DNA of 61,824 nt, filler included, from Rhabdomonas costata (Eukaryota): NCBI GenBank assembly GCA_019059605.1. It is 27 parts of 27 records of this genome, joined end to end, with 100 filler letters (N's around TTAATTAATTAA, not from the genome) between each part and the next. Parts side by side here need not be neighbours in the genome. Positions count along the whole stretch, not along the records: positions 11,478 to 13,672 come from JAHMHO010004929.1; positions 13,773 to 15,974 come from JAHMHO010004930.1; positions 16,075 to 18,269 come from JAHMHO010004931.1; positions 18,370 to 20,563 come from JAHMHO010004932.1; positions 20,664 to 22,857 come from JAHMHO010004933.1; positions 22,958 to 25,152 come from JAHMHO010004934.1; 21 more parts are not named here. The stretch is one strand, 5' to 3'. The notes under the pieces were generated by a model. It made no database searches, had not been told where the DNA came from, and worked only from the letters and a program-made list of their open reading frames with translations. How positions within the stretch are numbered: the stretch's first letter is position 1; every line of letters begins with the position of its first letter. Positions 11,515 through 22,990 of the stretch are shown here, one piece after another. Made by a program: the position numbers and the translations under genes.

Positions 11515-13100
11515 CTGCATAAAATCCAGAATTGTTTTAAGTTCAGAGCGGCGCAAGATCGGCTTGAGGCGAAACGAGGTAGAGCGCTCAAACCCAAGGG
11601 AAAGTTGGCCGTGCGTACAAAATTTGGTCCCACATGCAGGAGCCCTTTCTAATGAGTCACAAGACGTACTGCGCAAGCTACACGGCAAGGTACCAGTTCA
11701 AAGGAAAGGGGTAAAACATGGGTCACCTTTGATGTCCCAAAGCAGCTTCTGGGCCCAAAGCTGGCGGGCCACGAGGTTGCCAGATATCGGAACAAACAAC
11801 GCCTGTACATCAACAGGAGGAAAGGGGCGAGGATGGGTAGCGCAAAAAGCGCGCGTGAAAGCCAAGTGAAGAAAAACCGCGGAACGAGCTGAGCCAGAGC
11901 TTTTCTTCCGTGTTCCATTTGATGCTCTTTAACCTGCCTGCAAAATCTGATTGTCATCCCTATTTTCCCCAGATCTGATTTGTGCGAATAACCCTAACGT
12001 GTTTTCCTTTATCTTGATTCAGAACATCTTTGTCACAGCTGACACAGTTGACACAAACCTGGGACAAACCAGGATGATGCGCGAGATGCATTCCAAATGG
12101 TAACATATTCGGCCCCATCGATTCGAGGCATTCAGAAAGTAATATATCTCTTTGGGGGGGGGGGTCAAATCATCAGTTGATCGAAAAAAATTCGGATAAT
12201 ACCCAAAAGGCGTCGTACAGGAAAACAGTGGCCAGCGCCGAGTGACCACACGGGGCCAGGGTGCGCTGAGGAGGTACCACAGGGAAGTTCCGGGCGGAGA
12301 ATACGGTGCACTTCTTAAACCTTTGGCGGCAGCGGCTGTGGTAGAGGTTCCATCCCGCACGGCAGAGGCAGGGGCTCTGGGCGGAGGAGGCGGAGGTGAG
12401 GATAGGCTGCTGAATCAGCGCCCGCCGAAGCCCGCTCCCATCATTGAAAAAGAAGTACTTCCGGTCTTCCTGGGAGGCGTGGCCCTAAATGCCCACCATT
12501 TCGAAGAGAAAGTGCAAAAAGAAAAGAAAACGCAGCGGATTGGGAAATTAGTGAACCGAGAAAAGAACGCCAGTCCAAAAAAGGAAAAACAGTTCAAGAA
12601 GGACGCCATACGAAATCAAGGCAGGGGTCCTCTGCCAGATAGTGAGCTGAGGGAAATACGAATGCATTATCGGTGTCGTACTCCGCGGTCATGACATGGC
12701 TCTGTAAAGGGAAGCAAAGTCGTAAAGGCAAAAGAAAAACAAAATCTAAGAGATCCAAAATTGGCGAGAAGGCGGAGGCAAAATCCGTACCTCTGGAAAC
12801 ACGGGCACAGCAGAACGAAACAAGGATCCAGCTGTGCTGAAGTCGGCCACGTCCGCAATTACCTTCGCCCCGTTGGAGATGGCATACAAAAACCCCACCT
12901 GTCGCCGCAGACAAAGCGGAACAAAAAACGGAACCAAACGAAGACTATAAAGAAAACACATTGAACACGAAACCATCCTCCAGGTGAGTGCATCGAATGA
13001 AATGCTGAGATTTCGCAGAGCTGCAGCTGTCCGAAGCTGGGAGGTCTCCAGATCCCTCTGCTCCAAAACCCGGCAACGACTTCTTGCCGAGGACCCTCTG
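11515..13100 (-). CDS. Multi-exon gene fragment, possibly the membrane/coiled-coil region upstream of a nucleotide cyclase domain
   Basis: Exon-like pieces ICYHLECISRIIL, QVKEHQMEHGRKALAQLVP and GFLYAISNGAKVIADVADFSTA; 'LAQLVP' resembles the pre-catalytic LLxxxLP helix. Boundaries approximate. Confidence 0.3.
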
Positions 13101-14603
13101 TGCGGAAGAGCAAAAACTGAATAATCGTATTGCACTAGCCATTTCAACGGTCACAACGCAAAAGCGCAGATCTTTGGGATTTTTCTGGGCCCATAGCATT
13201 TTTCATAATAATTTGAATACGTCCATGACTGATGGCGAAATTTCGAAAGCGATAAAATGACAGGTGTTCTGATCTTCCTCAACAAAACAATTAGGCTAGG
13301 GCTGTGTAAACGCTGGATAGTTCATCAGCAGCATTCCATTCTCATTTAACAGACAACGTAGTAGACACGTTCATAAGGTCAGCACTACAATTCAACCAGT
13401 ATCCCTCCCGGGATGCAGTTCGCACGAAGACCTAAGCCCAAAGGATGGAGCAACTACCGTGGTAGAAACGATCCAGGGGTCAAAACTAAGCAGCACCACC
13501 CCGCAGGAAGGGGACCGGGATCGGAATGGTCGCGGCGATGGACGCTGACAATCCAGAAGCTGGTGTTGCACTTCTGCAGAACACACCACAGAAGGTACAA
13601 GGCTAAATACACTTAAAACAAACCTGAGACGACGATCCCCAAAAACATCGCACAGTGCACATGTACAGAGTGNNNNNNNNNNNNNNNNNNNNNNNNNNNN
13701 NNNNNNNNNNNNNNNNTTAATTAATTAANNNNNNNNNNNNNNNNNNNNNNNNNNNNNNNNNNNNNNNNNNNNGGTTGGTGGTCAATGAGGGTGTGAAAGG
13801 TGCGCTCCCACGCCTCGTCACGGACAACAACGCCGTTAATGTTCACATCTCCACTACCTAAGACAAAGATATAATAGTAAGAAGAACCGGTAACAGGCAG
13901 TAAGAAAAGCAGTAGGCGCCACGCGGGGAAGATGGATCCAGAGCAAATACCGCGCGCCACACCCGAGCTGGATAGCGGAGTATCATCGAAGCAAGGAGGT
14001 ATGCGTGTGCGTGAATGGTCTCCTTTCACGAAAGCGGAAGTCTGGGAAAAGGCCATCAGGGATCACCGCTGTATCCTCATTCGTTTCATTTCCCTGCAGG
14101 TGCAAACACCTCTCACGGCTATCCCCTTTCCAATGAAAACAATGAAAACAACAAAAAGCTCCCTAGAAGTTTGTCCAACCATCCAACTACCCCCCGACCA
14201 AGACCGGCCCAGTGGCTGCACTTCCCCGCTTGAGTTTAAGTATGGAATGGGACCCAGGAAACCCCTGCCACCAAACCCGCCTGGAAAACAGATCGTGAAA
14301 GATTGGGCTCGGAGAAGGGGATCTTCCCCACCAACAGAGCTCCATCCTAATAAAAACTTCAGGGGACTGAGCAGGGCAAGGGTAGGGGGCTTCACACCAA
14401 ACACATTCTTTCACAAAATTCCGGTCGGACCGCTGCAAGCACGCCGAGTATGCTGGGGTTGTTGGGAGGCAATGCGAACACCTAATGGGACACCGCCGAT
14501 CTTGCGATCTTGGGCGCTGCGCTGGGGGGGCCCTCCTCACCAAAAATCCTTCTCACCGCAAAAAAAAAACAAGAAAAAGAAAGCATACTGTAGTCGCCCA
14601 CAC

Positions 14604-15323
14604 GCCGCCTATTGGTGGTCTTTCTCCAGAGCCACCAAGACAAATAGCCCAGCAGAGCCAAGAGGGCCACTCCCAGCACCGTACCCCCAGTAATGGCCAA
14701 GATCTCCGCGATGGGAGTGGAGCCTGCAATACCCCTCCCACACACATCTGCCAATAGATTTTCGCAATCAAGTAAGCAACGCCGAATGTACTTGCGCCCG
14801 CGTTAGCTGCGGTTCCGGAAAGCCACTGGTGTAGGAGGCCACACAGCGAATGCGGGAAAGTGCAAAGCCCTCTTCCCCATTTCGAAAGTGCGCACTAACA
14901 TAACGTGAACGTCGGGACGCTGAAAAAAGCTAACAAAGTATGCTGCTGGAACACCATCTGAAACGACAAAAGAATTCATTTCTCTTTTGTGGTCACACAT
15001 TCCTTCATTTGAGTACCAGCCTTCCAGTCTACCTATCCAAAGCGCAAGTGGATAAGTTGACATACGGGATGCGGGGAATTTTTTTTGGGGTAAGAGGCCA
15101 GTCCGCGCTACAGCCGGAGCTGGCAACTGTGGCAAGGACGTGACCTGGGGGGCTGATGCCGACTCTTTTAAACGAAGCTCACATAGAAAACTGGTACCAC
15201 TGGCAATCGTAACTAGTGGAACCCGTTGCCCCCCCCCCTACCTCCATTGCACCTATTTTTACGGTAACTGGCACAGGCAAGATGTTTTTTCGGGACAGGC
15301 AGATGGCTCAAGCCAGCTGCCTT

Positions 15324-15362
<39 letters not shown>

Positions 15363-15471
15363 TTGCAGCAGTCAACCACACTGCAGCTCCACGATGAGCA
15401 GATCGTGGTATCGCCCGTTGCGGTGTAGGAGGACGGGCACGCGAAGTGGGCTTGCCCACAAGTGGGGTGAG
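14604..15471 (-). CDS. Single-pass membrane protein fragment: Cys-rich exon (15471-15361) and TM exon (14747-14604)
   Basis: 111-nt phase 1-1 exon HPTCGQAHFACPSSYTATGDTTICSSWSCSVVDCCK; 144-nt exon with ILAITGGTVLGVALLALLGYLSWWLW followed by basic RKTTNRR. Confidence 0.65.
15326..15360. repeat. (CA)n/(TG)n microsatellite beginning exactly at an intron donor
   Basis: Pure AC repeat; on the minus strand AAA G|gtgtgtgt... Confidence 0.9.
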
Positions 15472-16453
15472 CTGTGCGCACCATGCAGAAAGAAAATCGC
15501 AGATGATGCCAGAAGCTGCAGCTTTGAAGCTAACGAGGAAAGCAAGTGGGAACATGGGGCTTCACAGGGTAACTCTTCAATGAGGACCGGCAACGAAGAC
15601 ATCTTCCAGGGCTCCGTGCGATATAATGTCCAACTCAAAAAAGCACAACCGAAAAATGAAGTGTGCTTAGATAACATGGATATAATGCACGCCTGTTTGT
15701 ATGCAAGTACCGGAGTCAAAAACCGCTGAACGGTACGCAAGACGTTATCATTGCCCGAGAACATGTACCACTCCGTCCATAAAGCGTAGGCCTTCTTCCA
15801 AACAAGACTTTGAGGAAGGACATTAGTCGCAGCTCATTCATGACTCCGACACACACAACTCTTAACACGCTCGCTTGAGAAAATTGCTAAAAACAAAGAA
15901 TGCTTGCTTTACCTTTCTTTTCGCCCATATTTCAGATCCCTGGTTCTGAACTTGTTCTTTCAACCCTCTAAACCNNNNNNNNNNNNNNNNNNNNNNNNNN
16001 NNNNNNNNNNNNNNNNNNTTAATTAATTAANNNNNNNNNNNNNNNNNNNNNNNNNNNNNNNNNNNNNNNNNNNNTTTGTTTTGGTAGAATAGCTTGAACT
16101 TGGGGGTGGAGTGGAGACGTTTCATTTCCCCCCGGTGGAATCGGTTGTGCTTCTGTTTGTGGGGCCTTTGTTTCTTGCGATGCCGTTTTTTTACTGGGAC
16201 CGAACTATTTTTGGTTTTCGCATTTTTACTATCTTCCAGTTCCAGTAGAGCACTGTGCCCCAACAAAACAAGGTGATGCTGGGCTGCGAGCTGCTTAACA
16301 AGCGGCACGTTTTTTGACTGCAGAACTTGTGCCCAGAAGCCACCTATACAATAATTTCTGTATGAAGAATTCGTTGGGCTGCTTTATCGGGCCGTTTTGA
16401 AATTCTCGGGGTCCTGATCGGCATATCTTCTCGCCGTACCACCGTGAGCGCAG

Positions 16454-16659
16454 GCCTGCTTTCAGCGGGGGAAGGGGAGGAGGATGGCCTGGAGGAAGAA
16501 GGGGAGGACGTAGATGACTTGGAGTATGACAGTCCCATCAGCGACGATTTGGATGACTCTGATGATATCATTGTGGGCTCTGCTGGGGCAGCCGCAGTGC
16601 CGGACTTGGCGGATGACGACGAAGAGGATCAGTCCAGCGGAGAGGATTCTGACGATTAA
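16454..16659 (+). CDS. Terminal exon encoding a highly acidic C-terminal tail
   Basis: cag| then GEGEEDGLEEEGEDVDDLEYDSPISDDLDDSDD...SSGEDSDD-TAA. Confidence 0.6.
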
Positions 16660-17718
16660 GGAGGAGCCGCCTCCCTTTGGGAGCTGTATTTTGTGTCCAG
16701 CAATGTGGTTTCCTTCGTGGTCCTGCTCAGTGCAACATGCGCTGCGAGGTTCACACAGGAAAGAGAGCTTCCACTTTTGTGTTTGAAGTGAGAAAACAAG
16801 CAAGGTCATACTTTCTCGATCATATCAATGGTTGTCTCGGTGCACCATGGGAAATCTAATAGTCGCCAGGGTGTACATTTGCTAGGATGGGGAGGTTATT
16901 TTTATAAATGGTGATCTTTCTGAAAGTGGGTTTCTTTTGCCGCAAATGAATTGTAATGCTTCGAAGCTCCTGAGTCCCAATGTTTGCTACCTACCTGACA
17001 GAGCATTACCCAGTCCACGATAAGGCATGTCTCTAAGACTGCAGCGTTGCCTCTGCGCCATCAACGGGTGCCTGAGTTCTTTTTCCCGATGGTCTGTGAT
17101 GGTCTGGGCATGTTTGGGTTCCAGAATGTCAGGACCCGGATGCCCAAGACACATAGACAAGTGATGATTTTTCAACCCTTCCAGAAAACAAAATTGCTGC
17201 ACAACGCGAATAACAGTATTCCCTTTTTTGTGGGGGCCGACAGCGGCTGCATCAATCTAGTTTACATCTTTCGTATTTTCATTTGAAGTGTGATGCCTCT
17301 CCATTTTTCCAAATATGCTTTATAACGGCTACCCTGAGCTTCTTTAGCGCCCATTCGGCTTTAGTTGAACATAGGGTGAATTATAAAAGCAAGTCACGTG
17401 CAAATACAGCATTGTGAATTGAAAACTCAAAAAGAAAACAAGGTCAAACGTTGTGAAAAAATGAAAAAGGCATCCTGCTGACAAGGACGTTGCGGTTTTC
17501 TGCTCTGAGACCCCATTTGTTATTTTTTTTTTGCAGTCAAACGTTCAGGGTAATGGCTTGTGCTTCCCCGCCCTTTCATCAAAGATTCATGCCGATTTCT
17601 CAGAGGTCTTCAGTTTGCATTTGTTTCGTTGTCCTTGGTATTGAGCGTTTCTGTGCATAGCAGACGTGGGGGAAGTTGCTAGTTTGTGACAAGACATTGA
17701 CGGAGGCAAAGACTCTCC

Positions 17719-17901
17719 ATGGCCAGCGAGGCGAGGCGTAAGTGGCTTGACCAGCTGGAGCAGCAGCAGCGCCAGAAGCAGGCACAACAGTCGCCGCCGC
17801 CGCCGCAGCAGCAGCAGCAGCAGGCCCCTGCTTCGCCCGCGGGGTCCACTCCGCAGCCGCCCCTCTCTCAACCGTCCTCTGAGCTGGCCCCCTCTGTTCA
17901 G
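17719..17901 (+). CDS. First exon of a Gln/Pro-rich protein
   Basis: ATG...CAG|gtcggc; MASEARRKWLDQLEQQQRQKQAQQSPPPPQQQQQQAPASP. Confidence 0.5.
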
Positions 17902-19836
17902 GTCGGCAGGCTCTCCATTCTTATTGGCATGCTCTTTCGTGTCCTCAAGGCCCAGTAATCTGTGCTGCTTGTGGAGAATAAGCGGGATACTCGGGTTGCT
18001 GATGTCAGTGGTGATAATATTTGTGGTGGCATGCCAAGCAACTGTACCCTTGTGCTTTTGCGCCATTGTAGCTGCCGTTTTCACCCTGTGTGTATCCAAC
18101 CCTCTGCTTTGTGTCGCTGCTACTTTTGCTCCCCGTTTGTGCGGGCATGTCGTGGAGATCGTACTTTTCTGACAAAAAACAGAAAATAAATGAGAGCGAG
18201 ACGAATTTAATGGGAACTTGAATGGGTTCTATCGGTTTCTAGGGTTCTGCCGCTGGAGCCCCAACCACCNNNNNNNNNNNNNNNNNNNNNNNNNNNNNNN
18301 NNNNNNNNNNNNNTTAATTAATTAANNNNNNNNNNNNNNNNNNNNNNNNNNNNNNNNNNNNNNNNNNNNGTTGTGGGGGGGAGGGAGCTACCGCGAGGGG
18401 TGAGGCCAAGGACTCTGTCTCGGCTGGGGTGGAGATGACAATGGCAATGGGTGCGGGGGCTTCTCCGAGTGGGTCGTCCATGGGCGAAGAGGCCAAATGG
18501 GAGGTCATGCACAAAGTTGGAAGGAGGGATTAGACAGACAAAATGTGAGGTGGAAAGAAATATTTGATGGATTCGTTCAGGATCCCGGCCACCTCACTCC
18601 ACCCGCTCACAGATAAAAATGACAGCACAGTCTGAATACAAGAGTAGGATGACCACAGCACGCGAGACTGCGCTTCAATCCGAAAAAAATATATCAAAAT
18701 TTCTTCCCCATTTCGTTGGTGAGAATTGAGCCCCGTTTGGTATGTCTGGAGTCTGGAGTCGGAGTCTTACCGCACAGAAATAAAGAGCCGCACTATCACA
18801 CACTTTCGGTCTTCTGTACTACTAACCAAAATGGAGGACGCTGCCTGCTGTTGCAGCAAAAATTTCGCCCTCCGCAATCAAGGTATTGGAGAACCGAGAA
18901 AAAACGGAGCACCCTTTTTGGAATTATTTTTTTCTAGAGGGCGAAGCCAAAGCAGGCCTTTTGTATGGATCAACACCTCAGACAGAACTCTTCGGGAAGA
19001 ACTCGGGGAGTACTTCTGGCATTTTGCCTTTGTTTTGGTGAAATGATACTGGGGAGGGGGGTGCCCGAATAATGGGGTATTATAGCCATTATACTATTGT
19101 ATCATTGTACATATATTGGTATCATACGGGCCATATAATCATATTATACGCTATAATATCATTAGATAGTAGGCTCCACCATAAACTGAGTCTTTCGCCG
19201 GAGCAGTTCAAGCACTGGGTTTAAGGCTGAGCGGCGCTAAATCAAGCCAGTCAGTGTGTCGGCTGATGTTTGACGTTGAAGGTGCACGCCGTCCACCCGA
19301 AACACGCCTATGTCATCTTCAAAACGACTGTTCTTGAGGCCGAAACTTAGCCTTTGTGTTGTGTACGTAAAAGCCTTGAAAGGACTGGAGATTTACTACT
19401 AAAAATCTCCGCGCCTTCGGCGCGCAAAGCTCCTTTCCATGGCGTATTTTGCCTCCCAGGTCAATCCCTCATCTACGGACTGCGCTCATCTCCACGTAAC
19501 CCACATTTTTGAGACCAGCGGCATAAAAACACGGTAAAAAGACTTCTGTTTGGAATGTTAATCTCTCAGTTTTCGGGTGGAGCTAGCCTCAATTCGCAAA
19601 CTGAGGGAACTACAGGAGTCCGGGGGAACCGTAGGTTTCTTTGGCTTCTGCTCACAAGGTGTACTGAAGTGAGAAAAAAGCAACAACGGCGGTCTTCGGT
19701 ACCAAAGCAACAACCCTCGAACAAGGTTCCCCATTGCCACTGCCCATAAAAGCACGGCATCACTGCAAGGCCTCCGCTGCATCCTCCTCTGAATTCTCAC
19801 TCCCATAGCGCATGCTCACTGTGAAGGAAGGCATAC

Positions 19837-20563
19837 CCTCCGGTGGGTGGGGGCATCTCCGTCTTGGGAATGGCATGCTTGGGGTCGATGACCTTCCCCT
19901 TTATGCTCAGCGGAGTGGCGGAGTGCTCCGCCAGCACGGCCGCCGCGGCCTCGGGCGCCGTGAACGTCACAAAGCCGAACCCCCGTGACTTCCCCGTCAG
20001 GCAGTCCAGCTGCGGGTAGAAGGAGGGAATGCACGTACACACGACCAGGCAGCTCGACCAGGCATTGCCGGTTGCCCATAGCAACATGACTGTAAAGGTA
20101 CGTGATTTCACCGAGTGCCACTGGTTTAGGTGGTGCCACAAGTACCGCTCTTGGTTGGATTTTCCCATGTCAAACAATATCCATCCCGAACATCCTTAAA
20201 ATCACAGAGCAGCAGTGCTGTTCAAAATTAAGGAGCGAAAACACGCTGTTAAACGTGTCTCAGTGATGAAGCTAAGAGGATAACGCATACACAACTTTGT
20301 ACAGCTAGTGACATAAGAGTATCAAAGTACTTTCACACGGAGAATGCTGGGACGTGAAGTGAACAATGAGTGATGCATGTATCGGTGCATGCGCAAGGGT
20401 TTGCTGTGTCACTGAAGAAGGTTCCGTTGGGGTTTGGGGCCTCATGCTGTTGCAGAAAAGAAAAAGGCTGACCGTTGAACCCGCAAACCCACGGCAAAAC
20501 CCAGGATACCATAATACGGGCATCCTCGATCTCGCCGAACTTCGCGAAGAACTCCCAAAAAAC
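19837..20563 (-). CDS. RRM RNA-binding protein (hnRNP A/D, Musashi or Hrp1-like), partial (exons ..20563-20510, 20009-19837)
   Basis: EFFAKFGEIEDARIM|LDCLTGKSRGFGFVTF...IKGKVIDPKHAIPK; canonical RNP1 RGFGFVTF. Confidence 0.9.
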
Positions 20564-22371
20564 NNNNNNNNNNNNNNNNNNNNNNNNNNNNNNNNNNNNN
20601 NNNNNNNTTAATTAATTAANNNNNNNNNNNNNNNNNNNNNNNNNNNNNNNNNNNNNNNNNNNNCCGACAGAAGAACATAACGGGAAGGGGGATCTTCAGA
20701 TGGCAAACGAGGGACCGCTAAGAAGCTGCGCTCACATTACTAAAACCTAATGCCGTCAAAACCATACCTGAGAGGAACCTTTCGACAAGGTATCTCTCGC
20801 CAGTCTTTTAAGCATAGACAAGATGAGAAAGCGGCCCTTCTTTTTACAAGCCGTTCGGTAAAAATAAATCCCCATGCTTCGCAAAAACGGGATTATTTAA
20901 TAGCCTGTGCACATAAATTCAGTGCATTGGAAGTCAGCGACGAGCATTGCCAGGCTGAGAAGCACAGCTTCACAGACATAGCACCCGTGAACTAAAGCCC
21001 CTCAAGCCAAAGGCGCACCCCACGTACCTTCAGACTGGATAAACCCTATGGAACAAACAAACAAAAGCAATGAGGAGCGAACCCCCCAAAAGGCGTCTTT
21101 TCATCTCGTTGGCTCAGATCATGAAAAAAGAGACCAAAAGCGAAAATGCTGGCAATGACAGCGCAGTTCGAGTATGAGTAAGTGTCTGAGTGAGTGTGAG
21201 TGTGCGTGTGCGGGTAGACGCCAGCACAAACCCGAAGGAAGCAGTGGGTTGTGAGGGCTGTAGCGCTGCATTGTAGCTGCGGCTCAAACAAATGGAAGCG
21301 AAGAGAGAAGGCTTTGGCTGAACAATAGCGAAACAAGGAAAGAAACACTCATCGCCTTCACCCGTGCATTATTTTGGACACGAGGACAAAACCAAAGGCA
21401 CATGCCCCATACCCCATTGGAATAGAAGGGCTAAGCCAGAAGCCGTTTCAAACCCTTAAACCTCGGCCATTATGTTTTCAGCACCTTTACATTGGCGCTG
21501 CACGCGCGGAAATTGGGCCAACCGTCAGCGCCTTCCCGTTCAACACGCAGACAAAAACGGCTCCGATCCCGTGCAGCCGTCTAAAGCTTTGTAGAGCTGA
21601 AACCCTTTGCCTGTTCGGCTATCTAATGCCAAGGGCGGATTCAACCCAAAACAGCAGTTCAACAAAAAGGGGGCTGAGGCGCCTTCAGAGAAAGAGGCGA
21701 TCGTAGCAAAACAGAAAAACCTAGCAGAAGAATTTGCGTAACAGTGCCCGGTGCGCCATGTGTGCTCGCGCGCGCGAGAAACACACACACACACACAATA
21801 GTGCTCACATGAACTCAAGCTCAATTCAATTTCGGACATGGAAGGTGTACTTGTCCTTGCTTCGCAACAGTAGTGCTTTTCTTGTGAAAAACTAACGGAT
21901 GTCTCCAGCAGCGAGCAGGAGTTTTGGTTAATAATGGGGTTTTTTAGGGAACGATGGGGGTACATATGGTGCTAAATCCAAAGCTGAATTCAAACCCTTG
22001 AGACATATGATCTAGAAGGCCCCAAGCTGAAGGAGGCGGCCCCATCGTTTCGAAGCAATATATGCGTTTCAGAGAAAAAGTCAACAAAAAATCGCATTGC
22101 TGCCTTGGCAGTCATCGATTTCTTGAACAACAGTGAAGAGAAGGGAAAGCCACGGGGCTCACCACAGCAAGCGAAGTTTCGAAGTCAAACAAAAGTACAC
22201 TTGCTTCGACCTCCACTGAAACCACATCCAATATACAAAGCGTTACTGGCAATAGAAAGCAATGACCCAAGTAAACCATCTGTTGACGGTTTGGCAGGAA
22301 CTCCTGAACCCTCCAGCATTCGCTTCTCGTTCCAATCGCTCGCTCGCTCGCTCAATTTCCCCGCAGGCTGC

Positions 22372-22540
22372 TCACTCGTGCTTCTCCACGGGCATAGTGA
22401 TCACGTAATAGAACAAAGGGTCCGGGAAGCCATTGTAGCGCGTGGTGAGGGTCGTTGTGTATGCCCCAAACATTCGGTGGTAGATCCAGTCTCCAACGTG
22501 CAGCTCCGGCATCCACACCCCCTTGTTGATGGTGTCCGTG
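22372..22540 (-). CDS. Ornithine decarboxylase family (fold-type III PLP decarboxylase), last exon
   Basis: cag|C ACG GAC...: STDTINKGVWMPELHVGDWIYHRMFGAYTTTLTTRYNGFPDPLFYYV matches the ODC C-terminal PExxVGDW...GAYT...(F/Y)NGF motif. Confidence 0.85.
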
Positions 22541-22990
22541 CTGGGACCCGAGAGACGCGGTGTGTGAGTGGACATGGGAAGCAGGAGACTGAATGCCCTC
22601 AACTATATGCATTTTTTGCGCAATGCAAATCCCCTCAAAAAATGCAATGGTCCCACAACAAGAAGCTTCCCATTGCTTTCAGTATATTTGAAAAAAAACC
22701 ACTGGCAATGAAGAAAAGCGAGCAATACATTTTTGTGCGCCCATTCATAAACATGACAGACAATTCGATTGCAAGAAAAAATTGCAAGAAGCAACAAGAC
22801 AAGAAGCAAGGACAACTTGGGGCACACTATTTCTTTAGGCGTACGGGAATAATGGGANNNNNNNNNNNNNNNNNNNNNNNNNNNNNNNNNNNNNNNNNNN
22901 NTTAATTAATTAANNNNNNNNNNNNNNNNNNNNNNNNNNNNNNNNNNNNNNNNNNNNTGGTGTGTGTTGTGTGTTTGGTGGGGGGTGTAC

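Noticed and set aside
13932-14693. 253-aa plus-strand ORF
   Set aside because: Antisense to the minus-strand membrane-protein exons, runs through intronic poly-A/poly-G, and has no recognisable motif.
22105-22905. 266-aa plus-strand ORF
   Set aside because: Antisense shadow of the ODC last exon plus intron and UTR; extends into Ns.
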